64,000 bases of DNA from an uncultured Actinomycetes bacterium (GTDB lineage Bacteria; Actinomycetota; Thermoleophilia; Solirubrobacterales; Solirubrobacteraceae), in NCBI GenBank assembly GCA_963825415.1, contig CAWGTD010000009.1, positions 196,400 through 260,399 of the forward strand, written 5' to 3'. Within the stretch, counting starts at the first letter, position 1; the number at the start of each line of letters is the position of its first letter. Below the pieces are notes generated by a model that searched no databases, had not been told where the DNA came from, and worked only from the letters and a program-made list of their open reading frames with translations. The position numbers were made by a program, and so were the translations under genes. This document shows positions 20,654 to 29,960 of the stretch, piece by piece.

Positions 20654-21814
20654 ATGGTGTGGAAAAAGGCAGGCCGCACGGCGCTGACCGTTGCTGTCGC
20701 GACCGTAGGAATCGGCGCGACGGCCGGAACCGCTCATGCGGCGGCCGGGCACGTCTACACGATGACCAACGCCGAGGCCGGCAACGCCGTCGTCGTCTTC
20801 AACCGCGACTCGAAGGGCCGGCTCTACCAGGGCGGCGTCTACGAGACCGGCGGCAAGGGCATGGGCGGCAACCAGACCTTCCCGGTGCCGATCGCCGACT
20901 CCGACGGCCCGCTGCGACTGACGCCTGACGGCAAGGTTCTCTTCGCGACCAACATCGGCAGCAACTCGGTCACCTCCTTCCGCGTGCGGAAGAACACCCT
21001 CATTCGCGTCCAGACCGTGGACTCGGGTGGCGTGCGGCCCAACGCGGTCGACGCGGCCAAGGGCTTCATGTACGTGACCAACGCCGAGTCGGCCACGATG
21101 ACGGGCTACCGCTACACGAGCAGCGGGCGCATGACGCCGATCGCCGGCTCGACGACGGCGCTGGCCGCTGACAGCCTGCCGGCGGCGGTGCGGATCGACC
21201 CTGAGCACGCCTACCTCGCCGTCACCGAGCGCGGGGCCAACCAGACCGCGCGGTACCCGCTGGACGCCTCCGGAGTCCCGGGTGCGCCGGTCAACTACCC
21301 GGCCGCCGCGGGGAGCGCGCATCCGTTCGCGCTGTTCCTGACCAGCAACGACGTGATGCTCACCGGCGACGAGGGCAACCCCCCGCCGGCCGGGCCGGGC
21401 GGTGACTCGCGGCTGAACTCGTTCAACGCGGCCGACACCAGCAACACCAACCCGATCGACACCCAGCCCGACGGGGAGACGGCGACCTGCTGGATCGAGC
21501 TGACCGGTAACGAGCGGTTCGGCTTCGCCACGTCGGCCCTCAGCGGCAACGTGACGACGTTCACCCTCGGCACGGACGGCAAGATCGCGGTGACCGGCGC
21601 GCAGCACGTGCCCGACTTCGTGGCGAGCGACATCGGTCGCTCGAGCGATTCGAGGTTCGTCTACGTGGTCAGCATCGACGTGGACCCGATGGCGCTGGCC
21701 TTCAAGTCCGCGCGGGTCGTGATCTACAGCGTCGGCTCGACCGGCCTGCTGACCAAGGTCGGGCAGACCCCGGCCAGCCTGCTGGGCAGCACCGCCGGCC
21801 TGCAGGCCCGCTGA
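20654..21814 (+). CDS. Secreted beta-propeller protein, lactonase-like; paralogue of 19217..20491
   Basis: Intact 386-aa ORF preceded by GGGAGAAAGGAA, with a signal peptide (ALTVAVATVGIGATAGTAHA). It has the same blade pattern (VYTMTN..NAVVVF, TPDGKVLFATNIGSNSVTSFRV, FMYVTN). Confidence 0.55.
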   Translation: MVWKKAGRTALTVAVATVGIGATAGTAHAAAGHVYTMTNAEAGNAVVVFNRDSKGRLYQGGVYETGGKGMGGNQTFPVPIADSDGPLRLTPDGKVLFATNIGSNSVTSFRVRKNTLIRVQTVDSGGVRPNAVDAAKGFMYVTNAESATMTGYRYTSSGRMTPIAGSTTALAADSLPAAVRIDPEHAYLAVTERGANQTARYPLDASGVPGAPVNYPAAAGSAHPFALFLTSNDVMLTGDEGNPPPAGPGGDSRLNSFNAADTSNTNPIDTQPDGETATCWIELTGNERFGFATSALSGNVTTFTLGTDGKIAVTGAQHVPDFVASDIGRSSDSRFVYVVSIDVDPMALAFKSARVVIYSVGSTGLLTKVGQTPASLLGSTAGLQAR

Positions 21815-21824
21815 TCTGGCAGCG

Positions 21825-21854
21825 CCGCGCCGCCCCCACGCGGGGGCGGCGCGG
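21825..21854 (+). terminator. Strong GC hairpin downstream of the second lactonase-like gene
   Basis: CCGCGCCGCCCCC-ACGC-GGGGGCGGCGCGG is a 13-bp perfect stem starting 11 nt after the stop. A GAGAGGAG Shine-Dalgarno sequence for the next gene follows. Confidence 0.55.
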
Positions 21855-21885
21855 TGCACCAACCCCCGAGAGGAGTACGAGGATC

Positions 21886-24052
21886 ATGGCCAAGACCCCG
21901 CACGAATCCCGCGCGGACGCTGCTGACATCTCCGCCTGGTTCCTCGGGCCCAAGGCCGAGCACGCCGACAACTTCGAGCGGACGGTGCACTACGTCCTGT
22001 CGGACTACGTGCACTGGCGGCGCAACTTCTTCCCGAACGACCCCACGGTCATCAGTCGCGAGCGGCGGCGGCAACACGAGCTCTTCCAGGATCGCCTCAA
22101 CGAGCAGCTCGACGAGATCCTCGGCGAGCTGAAGGCCGACTTCCCGTTCTTCCACCCGCGCTACATCGCGCACATGGTGTCCGAGCAGCTGACGCCCGCC
22201 GTCCTCGGGCTGATCGCCGGCGTCCTCTACAACCCCAACAACGTCTCCGAGGAGGCGGCGCCGGTCAGCGTGCGCCTCGAGCTCGAGGTCGGCCGCATGG
22301 TCGGCGAGATGCTCGGATTCGATCCCCAGCGGGTCTGGGCGCATCTGACATCCGGCGGCACGATCGCCAACCTCGAGGCGCTGTGGGGGGCGCGCAGGAC
22401 ACAGTTCGCGCCGCTGGCGCTCAAGGACCTGTGTTCAGAGCACAAGCTCGACTTCGAGATCGAACTGCCCGGTGGCAACGGGAACGGTGTCGCTGGGAGG
22501 CGCCGACCCGGCACAGCTCGTGGCGTTGCGCCCTCATGCGGCGTTGCGGGTGCCACGGGCGCTGACGGCCTATCTCGTCAACGAGCACGTCGACGGATCC
22601 CGAGGTCGGCGGTCGAGATGGTCTCGACCGCGATCGACGAGAGCCAGTGGAACGTCGTCAAGCGCGGCTTCCACAACGTCGCCGCCAAACTGGGCAAGCA
22701 GCCTGTGGTCTTCGCCCCGGCGACGGCGCACTACTCGATCAAGAAGGCCTGCGCCCTGCTCGGCTACGGCCAGGACGCCCTGCACCTGGTCCCGATCAAC
22801 ACGCACTTCCGCCAGGAGCCCGCCGTGCTGGAGTCGATGCTGCGCAGCGTCGGCGACGACGAGTACATCGCCTTCGTGATGGGGGTTGCCGGCACCAGCG
22901 AGGAGGGCGCCGTGGACCCGATCCACGAGTTCGTCGCGCTGCGCGACCGCTACGCGGCCGAGACCGGCAAGGACTTCTGGCTGCACGTCGACTGCGCGTG
23001 GGGCGGCTACGCGGCGAGCATCGTCCGCGGCCATGACATCGCTCCCCAGGCCGACCCCGTCAAGGAGGCCGCGGCCTACGCCGAGTCGATCGACGCGCGG
23101 CATTCATTCAACGTCGACTTCGGCGACGGCCCCAGCCCCAGCCGAGAGGTCTTCTGGAGCGACCCCGACGTCATCCGCGCCTATCTGGCGATCGGCCAGG
23201 CCGACTCGGCGACGATCGACGCTCACAAGCAGGGCTACATCCCCTATCCAGCCGGGATCATCGTGTTCGCCGAGGGCCTGATCACCGAGCTGCTCACCGA
23301 GAAGGCGAACGTGACCTTCGAGCCCGAGGAGAAGACGTTCCGGGGTATCGAGGACCCGCCGACGATGGACGCCGTCGGCCCGTACATCATCGAGGGCTCC
23401 AAGCCGGGCTCGATGGCGATCAGCTGCTGGCTGGCCCACAAGACCGTCCCGCTGACGATCGACGGCCACGGCCAGATCGTCCGCGAGACGGTGGGGGCCT
23501 GCGCGCCAGCTCGCGCGCTACTTCGGCCTGCATGCGCGCCTGTTCGAGACGCTTCGAGGCCGACGACGGCATCGCCGAAGGCGACGGCGAGGGGTTCACG
23601 TTCATCCCGCATCCACGACCCCGACCTCAACATCCTGTGCTGGATCGCCCGGCCGATGGAGCGGACGGCGAACGGCCTGGTCCAGAACGACGCCTCGCTC
23701 GAGCGGCTCAACGTGATCAACGAGCAGATCTATCGCCGCATGGGCGAGATGGCCGACATCGGCGGCGAGAAGATGCCCTACGGGCATCCGGCGTTCGTGT
23801 CGCGCACCAAGCTCGAGCACACCGAGTACACGACCGACTCGATGCGCGACAGCGCTGGAGCGCATCGGGGTGGGCGCGGAGGAGTACGAGCGCGAGGGCC
23901 TGTTCATCCTGCGCTCGGTGGTGATGAACCCCTTCTACCGGCTGGCCGAGGACGAGGCCGGCAAGGACTACCTGCTCGACTACGTGCGCGAGATGCACCG
24001 CACGGTGCGCGAGATCCTGCGCACTCAGGCCGGCGACCGCGCGGCGGTCTGA
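21886..24052 (+). pseudogene. Long PLP-dependent group II decarboxylase-like gene (~720 codons) with at least six frame breaks as given
   Basis: Group II decarboxylase features are present: HPRYIAHMVS, NPNNVSEEAAP, HLTSGGTIANLEALW, the PLP-lysine context SATIDAHKQGYIPYPAG, and IIEGSKPG. Sense switches frame at ~22484, ~22600 (1-2 events), ~23500, ~23545, ~23605 and ~23850. The pieces lie in track ORFs 21886..24156, 22472..22879, 23532..23924 and 23870..24052. Confidence 0.7.
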
Positions 24053-24055
24053 GCC

Positions 24056-25041
24056 CTAGCGCGCGGCGCGGCGCACGAACAGCGTCTTGCGGCGGCCGGC
24101 GGTGCGCCCGTCGGTCGTCCTGGCCGACACCCGCACGATGTAGCGGCCGCGCTTGAGCTTGCGGCCGACCCGGCGGATCGTGTTGTTGCCGACCTTCCCC
24201 GCGGCGCGGTAGGTGGCGACGCGGTTGCCCGCCTTCTCCACGTACAGGGTGACCGCGGCCACGTCGTTGAGGCCGAAGCTGACGCTGGTGCCGCGGCGCC
24301 CCGCGCGCGGCCGCTCCGGAGCGAGGTCCAGCGGCGACATCACGAGCTTGGGCGGCGTGCAGCCCGCGATCGTGACCGTCGAGCTCGACGTCGCCTGCTC
24401 GCCGTTCTGGCTCGTGAACGCGCCGTTGAACGCGTAGTCGCCGCACTTGGCCGGGTTGGTGGCCAGCGAGCGCGGCGCGCCGTCGAGGCTGAGCGTGAAG
24501 CTCGTCGTCAGCGTGTTGGGCAGGCCGTCGAAGACGGTGTCGAAGCCGAAGTCGCTGCTGCGCAGCTCGACGAAGCCCTCGATCGTCTGATGCTGGTTGA
24601 GCATGTCGTTGTTCAAGAAGACGATCAGCTTGATCTTGTTGCCCGCGGGCCCGCCGTAGTGGACGGTGCCGGTCAGCTGGACCGGTAGCGCCAAGACCGA
24701 CGCCGTGGCGGCCGCGCTGCCGATCTTCGAGCCGTCGGGGCAGGCGCGCTGCGCCTCCTGCTCGGCGCTGCAGATGTCGAGCGACACGGCGTGCTCGGCG
24801 CCGTGAACCCGGCGGGGAACGAGACGCGCACCGTCTTGTTGGGCGTCTCGCCGCCGGCCTGCGTGATCGTGGAGGTGATCGCCGGCGGCGTCGACGGCGT
24901 CGTCGGGTCGATCGTGACGGCCAGCTTCGGCGCGTAGGCGGCGGACGCTGCCGTGGGCAGGGCGAGCGCCAGGAGGATGGCGAGGGCCCTCGCCAGGTGG
25001 GACGGGCGAGGCACCGCCAGAGGGTAGCCTGCCGCCCGCAT
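24056..25041 (-). CDS. Secreted hypothetical protein with a basic C-terminus; one frame break as given
   Basis: The N-terminus is in track ORF 24673..25095 (MRAAGYPL..ALAILLALALPTAASA signal peptide, ..VRVSFPAGF). From ~24810 the sense continues in the frame of track ORF 24056..25573 (HGAEHAVSLDICSAEQE..KLIVFLNNDML..YIVRVSARTTDGR). No family recognised. Confidence 0.55.
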
Positions 25042-26062
25042 GGCGCCGGTGATCTTCAGCGGGATCCAGCCCACGGGATCCAAACACCTGGGCAACTACA
25101 TCGGAGCGATCCTGCAGTACGTCGAAGGGCAGGATCGCGCCGATCCCGCGATCTACTGCATCGTCGACCTGCACGCGATCACGGTCGCCTACGACCCGGC
25201 CGAACTGCGCAGCGGCATCTACGACCTCACGGCGCTGCTGCTCGCCTCGGGGCTCGATCCCGACCGCTGCGTGCTGTTCCGCCAGAGCGACGTCCACGAG
25301 CACACCGAGCTGTGCTGGCTGCTGGCCAGCTTGACCCCGCTCGGCGAGCTCAACCGCATGCACCAGTTCCGCGACAAGTCGGCGGCGCAGCGCGAGCTGG
25401 TCAGCTCGGGGCTGCTCTTCTACCCGGTGCTCCAGGCCGCCGACGTGCTCGCCTACCGCGCCGACGAGGTGCCCGTCGGCGAGGACCAGCGCGAGCATCT
25501 CGAGCTGATGCGCGACGTCGCGAAGCGCTTCAACTCGCGCTTCGGCAAGGACGTGCTCGTCGTTCCCCGCCACCGGATCCCGGAGGTGGGCGCGCGGATC
25601 ATGGATCTCCAGTACCCCGACCGCAAGATGTCGACGACGGGCGGCAGCGAGGAGGGGACGGTCTACGTCCTCGACGAGCCGAAGGCGATCGAGAAGAAGA
25701 TCAAGCGTGCGGTCACCGACCCCGACGACCCGCCGCGCATCGAGCGCTCGCCCGAGAAGCCCGGGGTGACCAACCTGATCGACGTGCTGGCCGTGGCGCG
25801 CGGCGAGAGCCCGGACGCCGTCGTGAGCTCGCTGGCCGACGCGCGTGGATACGGGGACCTCAAGGCGGCCACCGCGCAGGCGGTGATCGAGATGCTCGCG
25901 CCGGTGCGCGACGCCTTCGCGACGCTGCGCGCCGACGAGGCCACGCTCGAGGAGGTGCTGGCGGCAGGCGCCGAGAAGGCGCGGGCGATCGCGTCGCGGA
26001 CGCTCGCCGACGTGCGCGAGGTGATGGGCATCGGTCCTCCGCCGGGGCGCCCTCTACGCTGA
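25040..26062 (+). CDS. trpS: Tryptophan--tRNA ligase
   Basis: Intact 340-aa ORF with a class I HIGH-region equivalent (FSGIQPTGSKHLGNYIGA) and a KMSKS-type loop (DRKMSTTGG). Confidence 0.95.
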   Translation: MAPVIFSGIQPTGSKHLGNYIGAILQYVEGQDRADPAIYCIVDLHAITVAYDPAELRSGIYDLTALLLASGLDPDRCVLFRQSDVHEHTELCWLLASLTPLGELNRMHQFRDKSAAQRELVSSGLLFYPVLQAADVLAYRADEVPVGEDQREHLELMRDVAKRFNSRFGKDVLVVPRHRIPEVGARIMDLQYPDRKMSTTGGSEEGTVYVLDEPKAIEKKIKRAVTDPDDPPRIERSPEKPGVTNLIDVLAVARGESPDAVVSSLADARGYGDLKAATAQAVIEMLAPVRDAFATLRADEATLEEVLAAGAEKARAIASRTLADVREVMGIGPPPGRPLR

Positions 26063-26067
26063 CCACG

Positions 26068-26826
26068 GTGCTGATCGAGGACCTCGATCTCGATCTGGAG
26101 GTCTTCTCCGGGCCGTTCGACCTGCTGCTGACGCTCGTCCTCAAGGAGGAGGTCGATCTGATGGAGGTCCAGCTGGCCGAGGTGGTCATCACCTACCTGG
26201 ACTTCCTGCACGCGCGCGGCGAGCTCGACCTCGAGGCCGCGACGGAGTTCCTCGTGCTGATCGCCGCGCTGCTGGAGCTGAAGTCGCGCATGCTGCTGCC
26301 GCGCGAGGACGAGGAGCTGCTCGACCTCGATCCGGGCGAGGCGGCGGAGGAGCTGCTGGCGCGGATGCTCGAGGCGCGGCGCTACCGGGCGGCGGCCGAT
26401 CACATCGCCGGCCGGCTGGAGACCGAGTACGGCGTCCGCTACCGCTCCGCGCCGCTGCCGGGCTGGCTGCGCCGCGCGATGGTGGATTCGGCCCAGCTAC
26501 CCGAGGCCGTCTACGCGCCGGCACGGCTCGGCAAGGCGATCGGCGGGCTGCTGCGCCACCCGCCCGAGGTGAGCCTGCGCCATCTCACGATTCCCCGCGT
26601 CTCCGTGGGCGAGCGCCTGGCGCACCTGCGCCATCTGCTGCGGCGCGGCGCCTGCTCGTTCGACGAGGCCGTGCAGGGCGCCGACAGGGTGACCGTCGCC
26701 GTGACCCTGTTCGCGCTGCTCGAGCTCTACAAGCAGGGCGAGGCGACGTGGCAGCAATCCGAGCCGTTCGGGGACATCCGGATCGAGGCCCAGGCGGCGC
26801 CGGCGCGTTCGGAGGCGGTGGCGTGA
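26068..26826 (+). CDS. scpA: Segregation and condensation protein A (kleisin ScpA)
   Basis: GTG 26068 lies inside track ORF 24997..26826. The product has FSGPFDLLLTLVLKEEVDLMEVQLAEVV..YL and a winged-helix C-terminus (TLFALLELYKQGE). Confidence 0.85.
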   Translation: MLIEDLDLDLEVFSGPFDLLLTLVLKEEVDLMEVQLAEVVITYLDFLHARGELDLEAATEFLVLIAALLELKSRMLLPREDEELLDLDPGEAAEELLARMLEARRYRAAADHIAGRLETEYGVRYRSAPLPGWLRRAMVDSAQLPEAVYAPARLGKAIGGLLRHPPEVSLRHLTIPRVSVGERLAHLRHLLRRGACSFDEAVQGADRVTVAVTLFALLELYKQGEATWQQSEPFGDIRIEAQAAPARSEAVA

Positions 26827-27413
26827 GCGAGCTGGCGCGAATCCTCCAGGCGCTGCTGTTCCTCTCGCCCGATCCGGTGCCGGTCGCCGAGCTGGCCGAT
26901 GCCGCGGGGGCGAGCGAGGCGGAGGTTCGCGAGGCGTTGGACGAGCTGAGCGGCCGCGAGGGCGGGCTGCTGCTGCGCGAGGTCGCGGGCGGATTCGCCC
27001 TGGCGACCGACCCGGTGGCCGAGGACGCGGCGCGCCGGCTGCTGGCCAAGCCACGCACCCCGCCGCTCACGCCGGCGCAGGCCGAGACGCTGGCGATCGT
27101 GGCCTACCTCCAACCGGTGTCGCGCCCGGAGATCACGCGGATCCGCGGCGTCAGCGCGGACTCGGCGGCAGGCACGCTGCTGGAGCGCGGCCTCGTCGAG
27201 GAGTCGGGGCGCTCGCAGTTCGGCGCGGTCCTCTACCGCACGACGCCGTTGTTCCTGAAGCTGTTCGGGATGACGTCGCTCGACGAACTGCCGGACGTCG
27301 GCGAGTGGGACCCGACGCCCGAGGAGGAAGCCGACCTGCGCGAGCGCCTGTTGAAGGCCGGCGAGGCGCGCAATCCCACACCGCCCGTCCAGCCGGACCC
27401 CGTCGAGGCCTGA
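26823..27413 (+). CDS. scpB: Segregation and condensation protein B (ScpB)
   Basis: GTG 26823 forms a GTGA overlap with the scpA stop. ScpB motifs are present: LQALLFLSPDPV, LTPAQAETLAIVAYLQPVSRPEITRIRGV, YRTTPLFLKLFGM. Confidence 0.88.
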   Translation: MSELARILQALLFLSPDPVPVAELADAAGASEAEVREALDELSGREGGLLLREVAGGFALATDPVAEDAARRLLAKPRTPPLTPAQAETLAIVAYLQPVSRPEITRIRGVSADSAAGTLLERGLVEESGRSQFGAVLYRTTPLFLKLFGMTSLDELPDVGEWDPTPEEEADLRERLLKAGEARNPTPPVQPDPVEA

Positions 27414-27467
27414 CCCACGGGCGAGTGCCCGTGCTGCTTTCGGCGCGAGGCGGGGCTGGCGGGTTCT

Positions 27468-27805
27468 GGGCAGCGAGGGGCGAGGAGGCCACTGGTTGCG
27501 CGAACGCGCGCGTCTCTCGCGAGCAAGCGGGTGCCTCTCGCGACGGTTGACGGTCGACTGCGGGCGTTGGGCTATCAAACCCACCACGTAGGAGCATTTG
27601 ATCGCCCAGCGCTGATCGCCCGGCGCGAATGGCCCGCTGGTAGCCGCGGTTGCTGACGAGCGACGCGGGCGATTGCGCAGGCGGGCGCCTCCTTTTCCCC
27701 TAGCTGCCCTGTCGCTTCATCGAGTGAGCAGTTGACCGCGCTATACGCGGCGAAGTGCGCACTCGATGCGTGGAGCGCCTGCGCGGCAAAGCACGCTGGC
27801 GAACG
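27468..27805. repeat. Long imperfect palindromic repeat element, copy 1 (arms 27468-27530 and 27644-27709, nested hairpin 27718-27768, partial extra arm to ~27805)
   Basis: The left arm GGGCAGCGAGGGGCGAGGAGGCCACTGGTTGCGCGAACGCGCGCGTCTCTCGCGAGCAAGCGG is an imperfect reverse complement of the right arm CCGCGGTTGCTGACGAGCGACGCGGGCGATTGCGCAGGCGGGCGCCTCCTTTTCCCCTAGCTGCCC. Both arms align by eye with the arms at 53716-53957. A CATCGAGTG...CACTCGATG hairpin encloses CCGCG-CTATA-CGCGG. Confidence 0.7.
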
Positions 27806-27849
27806 GGTAGCGGCGAAACGCATGACCCGCGGCGCGGGACCATGCGTAC

Positions 27850-28906
27850 ATGACCCCGCGCGGGACCGACTGGTGGCTCGCCGCGCTGGTCGCGCTGCTG
27901 GCGATCAGCGGCATCGCGACGTGGTTCTCCGCAACGCCGTCGGAGCGCTGGGTCTATGCGGTGCACGACGCGGGAGGCATCGCGCTCGGCGGCGTGCTGA
28001 TCTGGAAGTTCCGACGGGTGTGGCGGCGGGTGCTCGACACCGAGCACTGGGACCGGCGGACGGGCGCCGGGCTCGCGGCCGGCGCGCTGGTCGGCGGCGC
28101 GCTGGGCTCGGGCGTTGCGTGGTCGACCGGCGCGAGCACCTCGGTCGCCGGCTACACGCTGCTGGCCTGGCACGCCGTGTTCGGCGCGATGCTCGCCGTC
28201 GTGGTGCTGGGCCACGCGATCGTCCGCGCCAAGCCGTTGCGGCCGCGCGACGTCGCCGACCGCCGCCAGTTCTTCGCGACGATCGGCGTCGGGGCCGGCG
28301 CCGTCGTGGCCTGGCGCGTGCAGCGGCCGGTCTCGCGCGCGCTCGGCCTCGGCGGCGAGAACCGGCGCTTCACGGGGTCGTACTCCGACGACGGCCGCGG
28401 AGAGTTTCCTGTGACCTCGTGGGTGGCCGACGACCCGCGGGAGCTGGATGGCGACTCCTATCGCCTGGAGATCGACGGCGAGGCCGACACGCCGCTGCGC
28501 CTGGCCGTCGCGGAGCTCGACCTCGGCGACGAGCTGGTGGCCACGCTGGACTGCACGGGCGGCTTCGCGTGCACCCGCCGGTGGAGCGGCGTCCGGCTCG
28601 ACCGCCTCGTCGGCCGCGCGCGCGCCGCGCGAGTCGGCGAGCCACGTGCGCGTGCACTCGAAGACCGGCTACCGCGCGAGCTTCGCGCTCGACGAGGCGG
28701 CCGGGATCCTGCTGGCGACCAGGGTGGAGGACGATCTCCTCAGCCACGGCCACGGCGCTCCCGCGCGCCTCGTCGTGCCGAACCGCCGCGGTTTTCAGTG
28801 GGTCAAATGGGTCACCCGGATCGAGCTCGCCGACGGCCCGGACCCGGCGGCGACGCTGTCGACCGTCTGGAGCAGCCTCACGCCTGAGGGACGGGGTCGG
28901 GCTTAG
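27850..28906 (+). CDS. Molybdopterin-dependent oxidoreductase (sulfite oxidase / MsrP-like catalytic domain) fused to an N-terminal multi-TM domain; one frame break as given
   Basis: The N-terminus has ~4 TM helices with conserved His residues. The following domain reads [46 protein letters not shown]. After ~28625 the sense continues in frame 2 (track ORF 28448..28906) with [46 protein letters not shown]. Confidence 0.7.
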
Positions 28907-29516
28907 CCCTGAACCCGGTCCGCAGGCGCTGGAGCTCGTGCGAGCTGATGACGCGGTCCACGAGGCCGTATTCGACCGCCTGCTCGGTGGTGAAGAAGCG
29001 GTCGCGTTCCATGTCTTCGTGGACGCGTTCGCGCGGTTTGCCGGTGTGGTCGGCATAGATCTCCTCGATCCGTTCGCGCAGCGCAAGGACCTCACGTGCG
29101 TGGATCTCGATGTCGGACGACTGGCCCTCGAAGCCGCCGCTGGGCTGGTGGATGAGGATCCGGGCGTTCGGCAGCGCCGAGCGCTTGCCGGGCGCGCCGC
29201 CGGCGAGCAGCAGCGAGCCCATCGACATCGCGACCCCGAAGCAGATCGTCGCCACGTCGGGCTTGATGAACTGCATCGTGTCGTAGATCGCCAGGCCCGC
29301 GTAGATCTGGCCGCCCGGCGAGTTGATGTAGAGGCTGATGTCCTTGTCGGGGTCCTCGCTCTCCAGGTGCAGCAGCTGGGCGACCACGAGGTTGGCCACC
29401 TGGTCGTCGACCGGTGTGCCCAGGAACACGATCCGCTCGTTGAGCAGGCGGGAGTAGATGTCGAACGACCGCTCGCCGCGGGCGCTCTGCTCGATGACCA
29501 TCGGGACGAGTGGCAT
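28878..29516 (-). CDS. clpP: ATP-dependent Clp protease proteolytic subunit
   Basis: Intact 212-aa ORF with [19 protein letters not shown], the active-site Ser context [14 protein letters not shown] and IHQPSGG. Confidence 0.96.
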   Translation of the reverse strand: MPLVPMVIEQSARGERSFDIYSRLLNERIVFLGTPVDDQVANLVVAQLLHLESEDPDKDISLYINSPGGQIYAGLAIYDTMQFIKPDVATICFGVAMSMGSLLLAGGAPGKRSALPNARILIHQPSGGFEGQSSDIEIHAREVLALRERIEEIYADHTGKPRERVHEDMERDRFFTTEQAVEYGLVDRVISSHELQRLRTGFRAKPDPVPQA

Positions 29517-29538
29517 TCGTTTCTCCGATCTCCTACAC

Positions 29539-29587
29539 TTGACAACCTAATGGTTGGCAAAGAGAGTAGCAACCAAACGGTTGTCAA
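29539..29587. promoter_or_regulatory. Two adjacent CAACC-N4-GGTTG palindromes (candidate ArsR-type operator) spanning the start codon of the SRPBCC-ArsR operon
   Basis: TTGACAACC-TAAT-GGTTGGCAA lies at 29539-29560 and GTAGCAACC-AAAC-GGTTGTCAA at 29566-29587. The outermost 9-mers, TTGACAACC and GGTTGTCAA, are perfect reverse complements. The element lies in the 33-nt clpP/SRPBCC divergent spacer and the first codons of 29550..29957. Confidence 0.55.
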
Positions 29588-29957
29588 GCGCGAGGTCGAG
29601 ATCGAGGCCTCTCCCGAAGACGTATGGGAGGCGGTTTCCGACCCCGGGCGCTGGCTCGGCGATGAGGTCGAGGCGCCTGACGGGCTGGAGCCCGGTGCGG
29701 AGATCGTGGTCCGCGACGCCGACGGCGAGCGTCACGGCCGCGTCGAATCGGCGGATCCGCCCGCCCGAGTCGTGTGGTGGTGGTGGCGCGACGACGAGCC
29801 CGCGACCCGCGTGGAGGTGCTGGTCGTCGCCGCGCCCGCGGGTGCCCGGGTGGTGGTCGTCGAGACGCAGCCCGCAAGCCTGCCGGTGCTCGCCGCCGGC
29901 TGGACGCCGCGTCTGCGCCTGCTCGCCGGCGCCGCGCGCGCGCTCGTCGCCGCCTGA
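29550..29957 (+). CDS. SRPBCC/AHSA1-like domain protein
   Basis: ATG 29550 lies inside track ORF 27732..29957. The 135-aa product has VKREVEIEASPEDVWEAVSDPGRWLG, typical of the polyketide-cyclase/START-like superfamily. It is paired with an ArsR regulator, a common arrangement. Confidence 0.65.
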   Translation: MVGKESSNQTVVKREVEIEASPEDVWEAVSDPGRWLGDEVEAPDGLEPGAEIVVRDADGERHGRVESADPPARVVWWWWRDDEPATRVEVLVVAAPAGARVVVVETQPASLPVLAAGWTPRLRLLAGAARALVAA

Positions 29958-29960
29958 CCG

